41,157 nucleotides of DNA from Arenibacter sp. (lineage in GTDB: Bacteria; Bacteroidota; Bacteroidia; Flavobacteriales; Flavobacteriaceae), in the NCBI GenBank assembly GCA_041582955.1, contig JBFHGV010000001.1, positions 1 to 41,157 on the forward strand, read 5' to 3'. The position numbers and the translations under genes were made by a program. Positions 8,216-17,571 of the stretch are shown piece by piece. The notes under the pieces were generated by a model, which was not told the DNA's origin, did not search any database, and saw only the letters and a list, made by a program, of their open reading frames with translations. Position 1 is the first letter of the stretch. Each line of letters starts with the position of its first letter.

Positions 8216-10972
8216 ATGAGACGTTTTATAGTACTTTTTTTGATCCTAGTAGTTACTCCAATAATTGTCTTGGGGCAGAACTTAGTCCCGCCTATAGAGA
8301 ATTACAAAATATTCGAATATAAAGCTGCTAGTAAAAATTGGGACCTAGCGGTTAGCCCAGAAGGAGAATTGTTCGTTGCCAACAATAAGGGGTTGTTGCA
8401 TTTCAATGGTGAGCATTGGGCATTCTACCAACTTCCCAAAAAGACTACGATTAGATCTGTGGCCTGGGTACAGGGAAAGGTTTATACCGGATCTTATGAG
8501 GAATTTGGATTTTGGGAAATGAATGTTTTTGGTGACCTGGAATATACATCGCTCAGCCATTTAATTCAAGGCCATGAATTTACGAGTGAAGAATTTTGGC
8601 AAATTTTGACTATTGACAATGCCATAGTTTTCCGATCCTTTTCTGGGATATATGTATATGAGGATGAACATATTACCATTATTGAACCTCGTATTGTGGT
8701 AAATCATATGGCAGTCTGGGAAGGTAGTATTCTGGTTGCAGGCGGGAAAAATGGTCTAAGTTATTTACAAGGCAAAGATCTTGTGCCCATAAGTGGAACT
8801 TCTATTTTGAATTCCAAGATCGTAGTGGATATGGAACCAGTAAACAATGGTTTGTTGATAGGAACAAAGTTACATGGTGTTTATTTTTTGAGAAACAGCC
8901 TACTTCAACCCATTAACGAGGATATAAACTTTGAGTTGAAACAACACCAACTGAACCAAATTCTACCATTGACTAACGGACAAGTAGCTTTTGGGACTAT
9001 AAAGAATGGAATTTATTTTTATAATTTGAGGGATAAGGACTATTATTCCGTAAATAGGGAGGTGGGGCTTCAGAACAATACGGTTTTATCGCTCGAACTG
9101 TTTAATGATCAATTGTGGATTGGGTTGGATAATGGAATAGACCGACTTCAATTAGATAATCCGCTTGCTTACTACACCGACTATACCGGTACTGTTGGTA
9201 CTGTCTATGATGTGGCCCAATATGATGGAACCCTATACTTGGGCAGCAATACTGGTATTCATTATTTTGAAGGAAATACACTAAGATTTGTAGAGGGCTC
9301 ACAGGGGCATGTTTGGGATTTGGAAGTACTGGAAGGAAAATTATTTTGTGGTCATAATACGGGTACATTTATCCTTGAAAATGGTAATTTAAATTTGATT
9401 TCCGATATATCAGGAGGTTACCAAATGACCAAAGTTCCTAGTTCCACATCACTGTACCTTCAAGGGACTTATACGGGCCTAGCGAGGTATCTAAAGGATG
9501 AACATGGAATTTGGTCTATAAAGGTCATTGAAGGAATAACTTTTCCCATAAAATATCTCTGTTTTGAAAATCCTTCCACCCTATGGGTTGCTCACCCGTA
9601 CAAGGGTCTTTATCGGCTATTACTAAATGAAGAATACTCGAAGGTAGTCGAGATTCAGGAATTCGCGGATGAGAGCATTCCTAATATCTATAATGTAAAA
9701 CTCTTTAGTATAAAGAACCAGATTGTAATCTATAGTGATGGTATTTGGTATAAATATGATCCCATAAGAAATAAAATTATTGTTTTAGAAGAGTTTCAGG
9801 ATTTTAATTACAAGGAGCTTGTACATTTTAATAAGGATTACTATTGGTTTCGGGATCATCAGGGAGCTAAAGAATTAATAGTAACCAACCTGAATGATGA
9901 TAAATTCGTTCTGGAGGATGCTCAATTGGGTAGACGATTGGTCCCAGAGGCAGAAAATGTAATCAAGATTAACGATAGTATTTATTATTTTACCCTTAGT
10001 GACGGTATTGGCAAACTCAACTTAGCAAATTTCAGGTCACAGTTGGGAAAATTTCAATTATCAATACCCAAACTTGTTTTCTTTAAAGATCAGGATGGTA
10101 CATACGCCTTGGACGGCACTCCTTTAGTGATAGAGAATAAACGGTCCCGCGAAATTGAAATGGAGTTTGCGGCCACCAATATGGTTCAACCCAAGTATTT
10201 TTATAACCTAAAAGGACCAATGGAACTGTCCTCCTTTAGGGATACAGGAATTATAAAGTTTCAGAATTTACCATATGGCACATATTCATTGGAGATTTTT
10301 ACTGTGGGGATTAACAATGCGCGATCTCAACCGAGAAGTGTTGCATTCCAAATAATGCCACCATGGTATCTTTCAAGTTTAAGTTATGTGGTTTATGGAT
10401 TAATTGGGCTCACGATCATCTTTTTGGTGCGAGGATACAATAGTCGAAAATTGAAAAGGAAACACACTCTATTAAAAGAAAAACTGGAACGCGAGCAGGA
10501 AGAGCAGCTGGCCCTTTTGGAAAAGAAAAAGCTGGCCAAGGAAATTAAAGTAAAACAAAAGGAATTGACAAGTACTACCCTGAGTATGGCCAGAAAGAAC
10601 GAGCTTATTCTAGAGCTTAAGAATCTTTTGTTAATGAATAAATCAAAATTCGATAACCAGCAGCGCTATCGATCCTTTATGAAAAAACTCAACAGTGCTA
10701 TTAGTGATGATGAAGATTGGAAACATTTTGAGGTAAATTTCAAAGAGCTTCATGACGACTTCTTTGAGACCCTATTGTTGCGCTATCCGGCACTTACCTC
10801 AAAAGATCTAAAATTATGCGCATACCTCAAAATGAACCTAACCTCCAAGGAAATTGCTCCATTAATGGGAATTAGCACAAGAGGGGTTGAGATACATCGT
10901 TACCGCCTACGCAAAAAATTGGATTTGGATAGTGATGATAACATTTCCAACTTCCTAATTACCCTCAAGTAA
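8216..10972 (+). CDS. Membrane-spanning PUL regulator: periplasmic beta-propeller + Y_Y_Y domain, TM helix, coiled coil, LuxR-type HTH
   Basis: Signal peptide; repeats such as 'GLQNNTVLSL...LWIGLDNGID'; 'NLPYGTYSLEI...PPWYLS' + TM; C-terminal 'LTSKDLKLCAYLKMNLTSKEIAPLMGISTRGVEIHRYRLRKKL'. No kinase or receiver domain seen. Confidence 0.9.
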   Translation: MRRFIVLFLILVVTPIIVLGQNLVPPIENYKIFEYKAASKNWDLAVSPEGELFVANNKGLLHFNGEHWAFYQLPKKTTIRSVAWVQGKVYTGSYEEFGFWEMNVFGDLEYTSLSHLIQGHEFTSEEFWQILTIDNAIVFRSFSGIYVYEDEHITIIEPRIVVNHMAVWEGSILVAGGKNGLSYLQGKDLVPISGTSILNSKIVVDMEPVNNGLLIGTKLHGVYFLRNSLLQPINEDINFELKQHQLNQILPLTNGQVAFGTIKNGIYFYNLRDKDYYSVNREVGLQNNTVLSLELFNDQLWIGLDNGIDRLQLDNPLAYYTDYTGTVGTVYDVAQYDGTLYLGSNTGIHYFEGNTLRFVEGSQGHVWDLEVLEGKLFCGHNTGTFILENGNLNLISDISGGYQMTKVPSSTSLYLQGTYTGLARYLKDEHGIWSIKVIEGITFPIKYLCFENPSTLWVAHPYKGLYRLLLNEEYSKVVEIQEFADESIPNIYNVKLFSIKNQIVIYSDGIWYKYDPIRNKIIVLEEFQDFNYKELVHFNKDYYWFRDHQGAKELIVTNLNDDKFVLEDAQLGRRLVPEAENVIKINDSIYYFTLSDGIGKLNLANFRSQLGKFQLSIPKLVFFKDQDGTYALDGTPLVIENKRSREIEMEFAATNMVQPKYFYNLKGPMELSSFRDTGIIKFQNLPYGTYSLEIFTVGINNARSQPRSVAFQIMPPWYLSSLSYVVYGLIGLTIIFLVRGYNSRKLKRKHTLLKEKLEREQEEQLALLEKKKLAKEIKVKQKELTSTTLSMARKNELILELKNLLLMNKSKFDNQQRYRSFMKKLNSAISDDEDWKHFEVNFKELHDDFFETLLLRYPALTSKDLKLCAYLKMNLTSKEIAPLMGISTRGVEIHRYRLRKKLDLDSDDNISNFLITLK

Positions 10973-11024
10973 CAATATCAAGACGCTAAGTCATATATAA
11001 GGTCCATTTTTTTACACTTATCAG

Positions 11025-11146
11025 TACTACATCATTACTACATCTATTTGTTAAAATTTTAAAATTAATTTAGTTCGTTACTACTGCAACGACATAAAAG
11101 ACTGTGCTTAAGGGACTATTTTTAACTGATGTAGTTTTTATGTACC
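11025..11146. promoter_or_regulatory. Phased TACTACATC repeats upstream of susC (candidate regulator-binding sites)
   Basis: TACTACATC at 11025-11033 and 11036-11044 (11-bp period). Inverted TGATGTAGT at 11127-11135 and degenerate TTATGTACC at 11138-11146 (also 11-bp period). Confidence 0.7.
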
Positions 11147-11169
11147 CCTATTGGCGGCCGCCAATAGGG
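11146..11169. repeat. Perfect 24-bp palindrome
   Basis: CCCTATTGGCGG|CCGCCAATAGGG, no spacer, GC-rich within an AT-rich intergenic region. Confidence 0.9.
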
Positions 11170-11214
11170 TCGTTTTATTAATTTAGCAATAATCTAACTC
11201 AATTTTTACGAATT

Positions 11215-14200
11215 ATGAAAATAAGAAACGTTTTATTATTAATTTCGTTCTTGTTGTTCCATTGGTTTACTAATGCTCAGGATAAGATTACTGTGCAAGG
11301 TACGGTCATGGACAATGCTAATCTGCCCTTACCCGGGGCATCTGTCATTGTAAAGGGAACAACTACTGGAACGCAGACCGATTTTGATGGGAATTTTATT
11401 CTAGACAATGTTCCTGCCAATGCAACTTTGGTTTTTAGTTATATAGGATTTAAAACTGCAGAAGTTCCTGTTAACGCTCAGACATCCTTTAACATTATAC
11501 TACAGGAAGATGCCCAGGCACTGGATGAGGTAGTCGTGGTAGGTTATGGTGAAATGAAGGTAAAGGATCTTACTTCTGCCATAACCACTATCAAATCTGA
11601 AGAATTGGCAGCCACTCCTACCGGGCAGGCAATGCAGGCCCTACAGGGAAAGGTGGCCGGTTTACAAATAGTCAGTAATGGTAGCCCTGGACAATCTCCA
11701 ACAGTTAGGGTAAGGGGTATTGGTTCCTACGATCAAGGCGCTTCAGGACCCTTATATGTAGTTGATGGTATGTTTTTTAATAACATCGACTTTTTAAATA
11801 CATCTGATATTACATCAATATCCATTCTAAAAGATGCTTCAGCTGCGGCTATTTATGGAGTACGTGCAGCCAATGGTGTGGTGCTTATAGAAACCAAAGC
11901 AGGTTCTTATAATCAAAAGGCAGAAATTACTTATGATGGGTATTCTGGCTTTCAGGTAGCTCAAAACATTTTGAAATTGGCCAATGCTGAGCAATTTACT
12001 ACCATAGCTATGGAATCTGGTTCTGCACCTGATGCGCAATTTATTTTAAATGCAATGCAGCGTTATGGACGTAGTAGGGTTAACCCCAATGTCCCCAATG
12101 TAAATACTGATTGGTATGATGAAATAACGCGTCAGGCCCTAATTACCAGTCATAGTATTGGCATCACTGGAGGTAGCGAGGATGCTACTTACTCCATTGG
12201 AGCCAATTATTTTGGGCAACAAGGTATCCTAAAAATGAAAAACCAGTACGACCGATTTAATTTAAGAAGTAAAATTGACTTTAAGGTCTCGGATTGGTTA
12301 ACTGTAGGAGGGAATACTATTATTAGTAATGCAACAAGATATGATGCTGAAAATTCGGCATGGAGAAGTGCTTATTTTGCTGTACCTATTTTACCAGTTT
12401 TAGACCCTCAGAATACAGAGGCATTTCCTAAGAATTATGCCAATGCCCAAGATTTGGGATATCGAGGAGGACAAAACCCTTTTCCTTTAATGGATCTCAA
12501 TGAGAATAGATTAAAAATCAGAAATGTATTGGCGAATTTTTATGCTCAAGTAAATATTATACCAGACCGATTGACATTTAAGACGGCTTATAACCACAAT
12601 TTTGAAACTTTGGAAACTAGATTAGTACGTTTACCTTATTTCATTGGCAACAATTTTCAACGTGAGAATTCCCAATTAATAAAAAGAAACGCTACAGTGT
12701 CCAATCAAATTTGGGACAATACCCTTACTTATACTAATTCATTCGGCAATCATAATCTAACGGTGTTAGCGGGTACTTCCTTTAGGGACGAATCATATGA
12801 ACAATTACAGGCAGAAGGGCTTAATTTTCCTTTGTCGGGCGAAGAAGCATACTTCCTTGATCAAGCACAGACAATTGTAATGGATGGAGTAGGGGATGAC
12901 GGTAGACGTGAGTATGGATTTTCATATTTCTCTCGAATATCCTACAATTATGATAATCGCTATTTGCTTTATGGTACTTTTCGAGCTGATGGTACAAATA
13001 AATATCAAGAAAAATGGGGTTATTTCCCTACGGTAGGGGCTGGCTGGGTACTGTCTGAGGAATCGTTCATGGATAACAATGGCATTTTCGATTACTTAAA
13101 GTTACGAGCTAGTTGGGGTGAATTGGGAAACGATAAAATAGCATCTAGTGAGGGCTCTATTACCTCAACAGTTGTGACAACTGCCCTTGGGGATACCCAA
13201 TTTAGTGGGGTAAATACGAACAGTGACTTTACGGCATTAAAATGGGAGGTTACCGAAGAGATAAACGGAGGTATTTCCGCTAGGTTTTTTAATAATAATC
13301 TCGATTTGGAAGCTGATTATTACGTGAGGGATACCAAGGATGCTGTTATTCCTGTAGCCAGACCGCTAATACCTGGGACTACTAGACAGAATGTAGGTGA
13401 AATAAGAAATTCAGGTTTTGAACTGGCACTTAATTGGGACAAGATGGTATCTAAGGATTTCAGTTACAATATTGGAGCGAATATATCGACCTTAAAGAAC
13501 GAGGTCTTGGATATTAATGGTGCTGTTGCCTTGGATGCCGGAACTGCGGAATTCAGACAACGCTCCATGGTAGGAGAGCCAATATTTGCATTCTTTGGTA
13601 GGGAAATAGCTGGAGTTTACCAAAATGAAGCTGAAGTACAGGCCGATCCTGTCGCAGTATCCAATAATTTGGTGCCAGGGGACTTTAAATATAAGGATCA
13701 GAATGGTGATGGGGAAATTAATGATGATGATAGGGTTGTCCTAGGGTCTTTCTTGCCTTCATATTCTTACGGAGTTAATCTTGGTGTTAACTATAAGGGG
13801 TTCGATTTTTCGGCTAGTGCTTTAGGCCAAGGTGGAAATAAAATTTTGAACCGTAAGAGGGGAGAGGTAATTTTTACCAATGATACCAATATAGATCGTG
13901 ATTTTGCCGTAAATCGTTGGCATGGAGAGGGTACTACCAATAGTTATCCTTCTGCAGCCGGGATAAGAAAAGGCTGGAACCAAAGATTAAGCAACTATTT
14001 TATAGAAGACGGTGATTTTTTCAGGATACAGAACATTACTTTAGGTTATACCATAAATAAGAAAGGTGAGCGTCCCGGAATACCAGAAACAAGGATTTAT
14101 CTGACTGCTGAAAAACCTTTTACCCATTTTAACTATAACGGATTTAATCCTGAGGTGGCCAATGGTGTGGATAATGAAACTTATCCTATTCCATCTGTAT

Positions 14201-14229
14201 ATACCATAGGCGTTAACATAAAATTATAA
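11215..14229 (+). CDS. susC: SusC/RagA family TonB-dependent transporter
   Basis: N-terminal carboxypeptidase-regulatory-like domain, 'LDEVVVVGYG', 'GPLYVVDG', 'SILKDASAAAIYGVRAANGVVLIETK'. Confidence 0.97.
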   Translation: MKIRNVLLLISFLLFHWFTNAQDKITVQGTVMDNANLPLPGASVIVKGTTTGTQTDFDGNFILDNVPANATLVFSYIGFKTAEVPVNAQTSFNIILQEDAQALDEVVVVGYGEMKVKDLTSAITTIKSEELAATPTGQAMQALQGKVAGLQIVSNGSPGQSPTVRVRGIGSYDQGASGPLYVVDGMFFNNIDFLNTSDITSISILKDASAAAIYGVRAANGVVLIETKAGSYNQKAEITYDGYSGFQVAQNILKLANAEQFTTIAMESGSAPDAQFILNAMQRYGRSRVNPNVPNVNTDWYDEITRQALITSHSIGITGGSEDATYSIGANYFGQQGILKMKNQYDRFNLRSKIDFKVSDWLTVGGNTIISNATRYDAENSAWRSAYFAVPILPVLDPQNTEAFPKNYANAQDLGYRGGQNPFPLMDLNENRLKIRNVLANFYAQVNIIPDRLTFKTAYNHNFETLETRLVRLPYFIGNNFQRENSQLIKRNATVSNQIWDNTLTYTNSFGNHNLTVLAGTSFRDESYEQLQAEGLNFPLSGEEAYFLDQAQTIVMDGVGDDGRREYGFSYFSRISYNYDNRYLLYGTFRADGTNKYQEKWGYFPTVGAGWVLSEESFMDNNGIFDYLKLRASWGELGNDKIASSEGSITSTVVTTALGDTQFSGVNTNSDFTALKWEVTEEINGGISARFFNNNLDLEADYYVRDTKDAVIPVARPLIPGTTRQNVGEIRNSGFELALNWDKMVSKDFSYNIGANISTLKNEVLDINGAVALDAGTAEFRQRSMVGEPIFAFFGREIAGVYQNEAEVQADPVAVSNNLVPGDFKYKDQNGDGEINDDDRVVLGSFLPSYSYGVNLGVNYKGFDFSASALGQGGNKILNRKRGEVIFTNDTNIDRDFAVNRWHGEGTTNSYPSAAGIRKGWNQRLSNYFIEDGDFFRIQNITLGYTINKKGERPGIPETRIYLTAEKPFTHFNYNGFNPEVANGVDNETYPIPSVYTIGVNIKL

Positions 14230-14240
14230 ATAAAGAAACT

Positions 14241-15788
14241 ATGAAATTATCTTTTAAAATATCAGTACTTGTCCTGCTGGTCATAACTTCCTTTAGCTTT
14301 ACGGGATGTACGGACAAATTGGAAGAACCGGAGTTGAACAATAATTTTGCTGGAGGCACAGATTTTACCAAGACCGCAGATATGCAATTTTCCATTGTGG
14401 GAGTCTATGAAGCCTTTCAATCCCGTGGATGGGAACAACCTTTGTTGATTTCTGTTAGGGGTGATGACGTAAATGCTGGGGGCCTAGGGGATCAACAGGA
14501 TTTTTCCGAAACCGATAAATTTACTTACAACAAGGATTATTGGATGTATAATTCCCTTTGGGAGAACACTTATGTTGACGTAATATCGGCGCATACAGCC
14601 ATGGAACAGATTGCTAGGTACCAAGAGTTTGCTGATGAAAATGGAGTTGCTTTAGGGAATCAATACATTGCCGAAGCAAAAGTACTCAGGGGAATCATGC
14701 TGTTTCATATTTCCCAAGTATGGGGAGATGTATTTATTCCAGAATCCTCTAATACAGATCTTTTATTGGATGTTACCCAAGTGCCATCTAAAGCCGAGGT
14801 AATGCAGCATATTTCCGATCAAATGGATGAGGCCATTCCTTTTTTACCCAATCTTAGGCCAAATGAGCGCACTGACCTTCCTGGAGGGGTTACCAAATAC
14901 ACGGCTTTGGCTATAAAGGCATTGGCCAATCAAGAAGTGAAGAACTATCAAGCGGTTGCCGATGCAGCCGGACAGATTATCAGCTCAGGAAAATTCACAC
15001 TCTATCCTGATTATTACGAACAGTTTAAGATCCCTGGTAAATTGAGTGATGAAACCATATTGGATTTGCAATATTCGGATTATAACCAAGGTGAAGGAGA
15101 TCGATCTGGACATCTTTACGCACCTTATGGTCCACAAAACTGGACTCCTGAAGTTGCAGGTGCCGGCAGTGGTTGGGGTTTTTTTGAACCAAGTATGAAA
15201 TTCATAAAGTTTATGTTGGATCGTGGAGAAACCGTAAGATTGGAAACGAGTGTCTTGTTCACTGATAGGGGAATCGCCGAAATCAAAACCGATCCTGCTT
15301 ACGCTACCTTGCCCGGGTTTATTACAAATACAACACGGGATGGAGATGTTATTAATGACTATCCCAGGGCACTTTTTGCAAGCGGAAAGCACTATTTGCC
15401 TTCCAATCAATTAATATCGGGTAGAACAGATTACGGAAGTAATAAAAACTACAATGTTATCCGTTATGCAGAAATTTTACTGGTATACGCGGAAGCATTG
15501 GCCCAAGGTGCCACTGGCACGGGGATGACCGCTGATCAAGCAGTAAACCAAGTTAGGGCAAGGGCCAATATGACTCCTCTGTCTGGGATTACCTTGGATC
15601 AGGTATTGGACGAGAAGTTTGCCGAGTTAAGTATGGAGTGGGGTAAACGCTATTATGATATGATACGCTTGGGACGATTTAACGAGCTCAGTTATGATGG
15701 AAGGACCTTTTCGGAGAATAATACCTTCCTTCCCTATCCACAAAGTCAATTAGATCAATTTCCAATTTTGGGAGAGATCAATAACTAA
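14241..15788 (+). CDS. susD: SusD/RagB family lipoprotein
   Basis: Lipobox 'SFTGC'; 'EAKVLRG', 'IRYAEILLVYAEA', 'VNQVRARA', 'ELSMEWGKRYYDMIRLG'; directly follows susC. Confidence 0.95.
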   Translation: MKLSFKISVLVLLVITSFSFTGCTDKLEEPELNNNFAGGTDFTKTADMQFSIVGVYEAFQSRGWEQPLLISVRGDDVNAGGLGDQQDFSETDKFTYNKDYWMYNSLWENTYVDVISAHTAMEQIARYQEFADENGVALGNQYIAEAKVLRGIMLFHISQVWGDVFIPESSNTDLLLDVTQVPSKAEVMQHISDQMDEAIPFLPNLRPNERTDLPGGVTKYTALAIKALANQEVKNYQAVADAAGQIISSGKFTLYPDYYEQFKIPGKLSDETILDLQYSDYNQGEGDRSGHLYAPYGPQNWTPEVAGAGSGWGFFEPSMKFIKFMLDRGETVRLETSVLFTDRGIAEIKTDPAYATLPGFITNTTRDGDVINDYPRALFASGKHYLPSNQLISGRTDYGSNKNYNVIRYAEILLVYAEALAQGATGTGMTADQAVNQVRARANMTPLSGITLDQVLDEKFAELSMEWGKRYYDMIRLGRFNELSYDGRTFSENNTFLPYPQSQLDQFPILGEINN

Positions 15789-15805
15789 CAAACACTAGAC
15801 ATCAA

Positions 15806-17560
15806 ATGAAAAATATTAAACTATTATGTGCAAGTTTGGTCGCCGTGTTCCTATTCTACGGTTGTGATCAGGGAATAGACGCTATTACACAAGTTGATCC
15901 AGGGGCGGATGTTACTGCACCACAGGTAAAGGTCAATTATCCGACAGAAGGAGTGAAAATAAAAGTGCTCGATGTTGTAACTTCAATAACCATAGATTTT
16001 GAAGTAACCGATGATATTGAAATAGCCAGAGTGGATGTGATGCTTGATGGGAGTACTATAGGAACCTACGGTAGTTTCAAGGATTACCGTCGCTTGTTGG
16101 TCAAAGACTTGGTGTATGATCAATTGACAGATGGTGCCCATGAATTATCAGTTAGTGCAACAGATTTGGAAGGGAAAACTACCGTAACGACAATTAATTT
16201 TGAAAAAGAACCGGCGTATACACCATTATTTGCAGGAGAGACTCTTTATATGCCTTTTGATGGTGACTATTTTGATCTTGTAGGCCTAAAACAAGCTGAT
16301 AGAGTAGGGACTCCTGGTTTTGATGGTGAGGGACTGATCGGGACAAATGCCTATAAGGGCGCAACGGATGCTTATTTATCATACCCCACCGCTGACCTAT
16401 TAGGTACTGAATTTTCTGCTGCTTTTTGGTATAAGGTCGACGCTAGTCCAGATAGGGCTGGGATTCTAATAATTGGTGACGATGCCGATGACCGCTTTCA
16501 AGGACTTAGGTTGTTCAGGGAGGGTAGCGCTACCTATCAGACCATTAAAGCAAATGTGGGTATTGGTAGTGGCGAAAGCTGGAACGATGGTGGTGTAATT
16601 GATGTGACCGCAGGGGAATGGGTTCATATTGCACTTTCTATTTCTCCAACCCAAAGTACCATCTTTTTTAACGGAGTGGCAGTCCGGACAGCCACTCTAA
16701 GTTCACCTGTGGATTGGACAGGTTGTGATGAATTGGTTATAGGTTCCGGAGGACCTACATTTAGCTATTGGAACCATAAATCCGATAGTAGCCCAATGGA
16801 TGAATTAAGGTTGTTCAATAAAGCATTGACTGAGGCTGATATTCAAGAAATGATTAATGTGACTAATCCTTATACAGGGCAATTTGATGGGGAAATGTTT
16901 TATCTTCCATTTGATGGGGATATAAAAAATAAATTCACAAATGTAGAGGCTACAGTGGTTGGAACTCCTTCCTTTGCAGAGGAAAGTGTTAGAGGGACAG
17001 ATGCCTATGCTGGGTCACCTGATTCTTATTTAACCTTCCCAACAACTGGCTTAACAACAGAAGAGTTTAGTGCTAGTTTCTGGTATAACCTTAATGCCTC
17101 TCCGGATAGAGCTGGAATTTTGGTTATGGCCCCAGAAGATTTGGATAGGCCAGAATACCCAACCGTACAAAATTTACGGACTAGTGGATTTAGATTTTTC
17201 AGGGAAGGAAATGCCACCAATCAGACGTTTAAATTAAATGTAGGTAATGGTTCCGCGGATACTTGGATAGATGGAGGAGCTGCCGCATCATTGGATCCTA
17301 CCACAACCGGTTGGGTGCATATGGCATTTACAATTGGAAACGGAAAGGCCATTGTATATTTTGACGGAGAAATCGTTAAAGAATCAGATTTTACAGGTGT
17401 GGATTGGACCGGTTGCGACCTACTTTCAATTGGTTCTGGAGCACCTAGGTTTACGGAATGGGGACATTTGTCAGATTCAAGTTTTATAGATGAACTTCGA
17501 TTGTATAATAAAGTATTGACACAAGAAGAAGTGCAAACTGTCAGAAACGCTGATTTATAG
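15806..17560 (+). CDS. Surface glycan-binding lipoprotein: Ig-like domain + two LamG/ConA-like jelly-roll domains
   Basis: Lipobox 'FYGC'; Ig-like 'DGAHELSVSATDLEG'; two homologous repeats starting at 16235 and 16889 (GETLYMPFDGD / GEMFYLPFDGD; ASPDRAGIL; WVH; DELRL). Confidence 0.85.
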   Translation: MKNIKLLCASLVAVFLFYGCDQGIDAITQVDPGADVTAPQVKVNYPTEGVKIKVLDVVTSITIDFEVTDDIEIARVDVMLDGSTIGTYGSFKDYRRLLVKDLVYDQLTDGAHELSVSATDLEGKTTVTTINFEKEPAYTPLFAGETLYMPFDGDYFDLVGLKQADRVGTPGFDGEGLIGTNAYKGATDAYLSYPTADLLGTEFSAAFWYKVDASPDRAGILIIGDDADDRFQGLRLFREGSATYQTIKANVGIGSGESWNDGGVIDVTAGEWVHIALSISPTQSTIFFNGVAVRTATLSSPVDWTGCDELVIGSGGPTFSYWNHKSDSSPMDELRLFNKALTEADIQEMINVTNPYTGQFDGEMFYLPFDGDIKNKFTNVEATVVGTPSFAEESVRGTDAYAGSPDSYLTFPTTGLTTEEFSASFWYNLNASPDRAGILVMAPEDLDRPEYPTVQNLRTSGFRFFREGNATNQTFKLNVGNGSADTWIDGGAAASLDPTTTGWVHMAFTIGNGKAIVYFDGEIVKESDFTGVDWTGCDLLSIGSGAPRFTEWGHLSDSSFIDELRLYNKVLTQEEVQTVRNADL

Positions 17561-17571
17561 TATAGTGAATT

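Noticed and set aside
11026-11135. Phase-variable invertible promoter
   Set aside because: Inverted arms are only 9 bp, occur as tandem pairs typical of protein-binding sites, and no recombinase gene is in the window.
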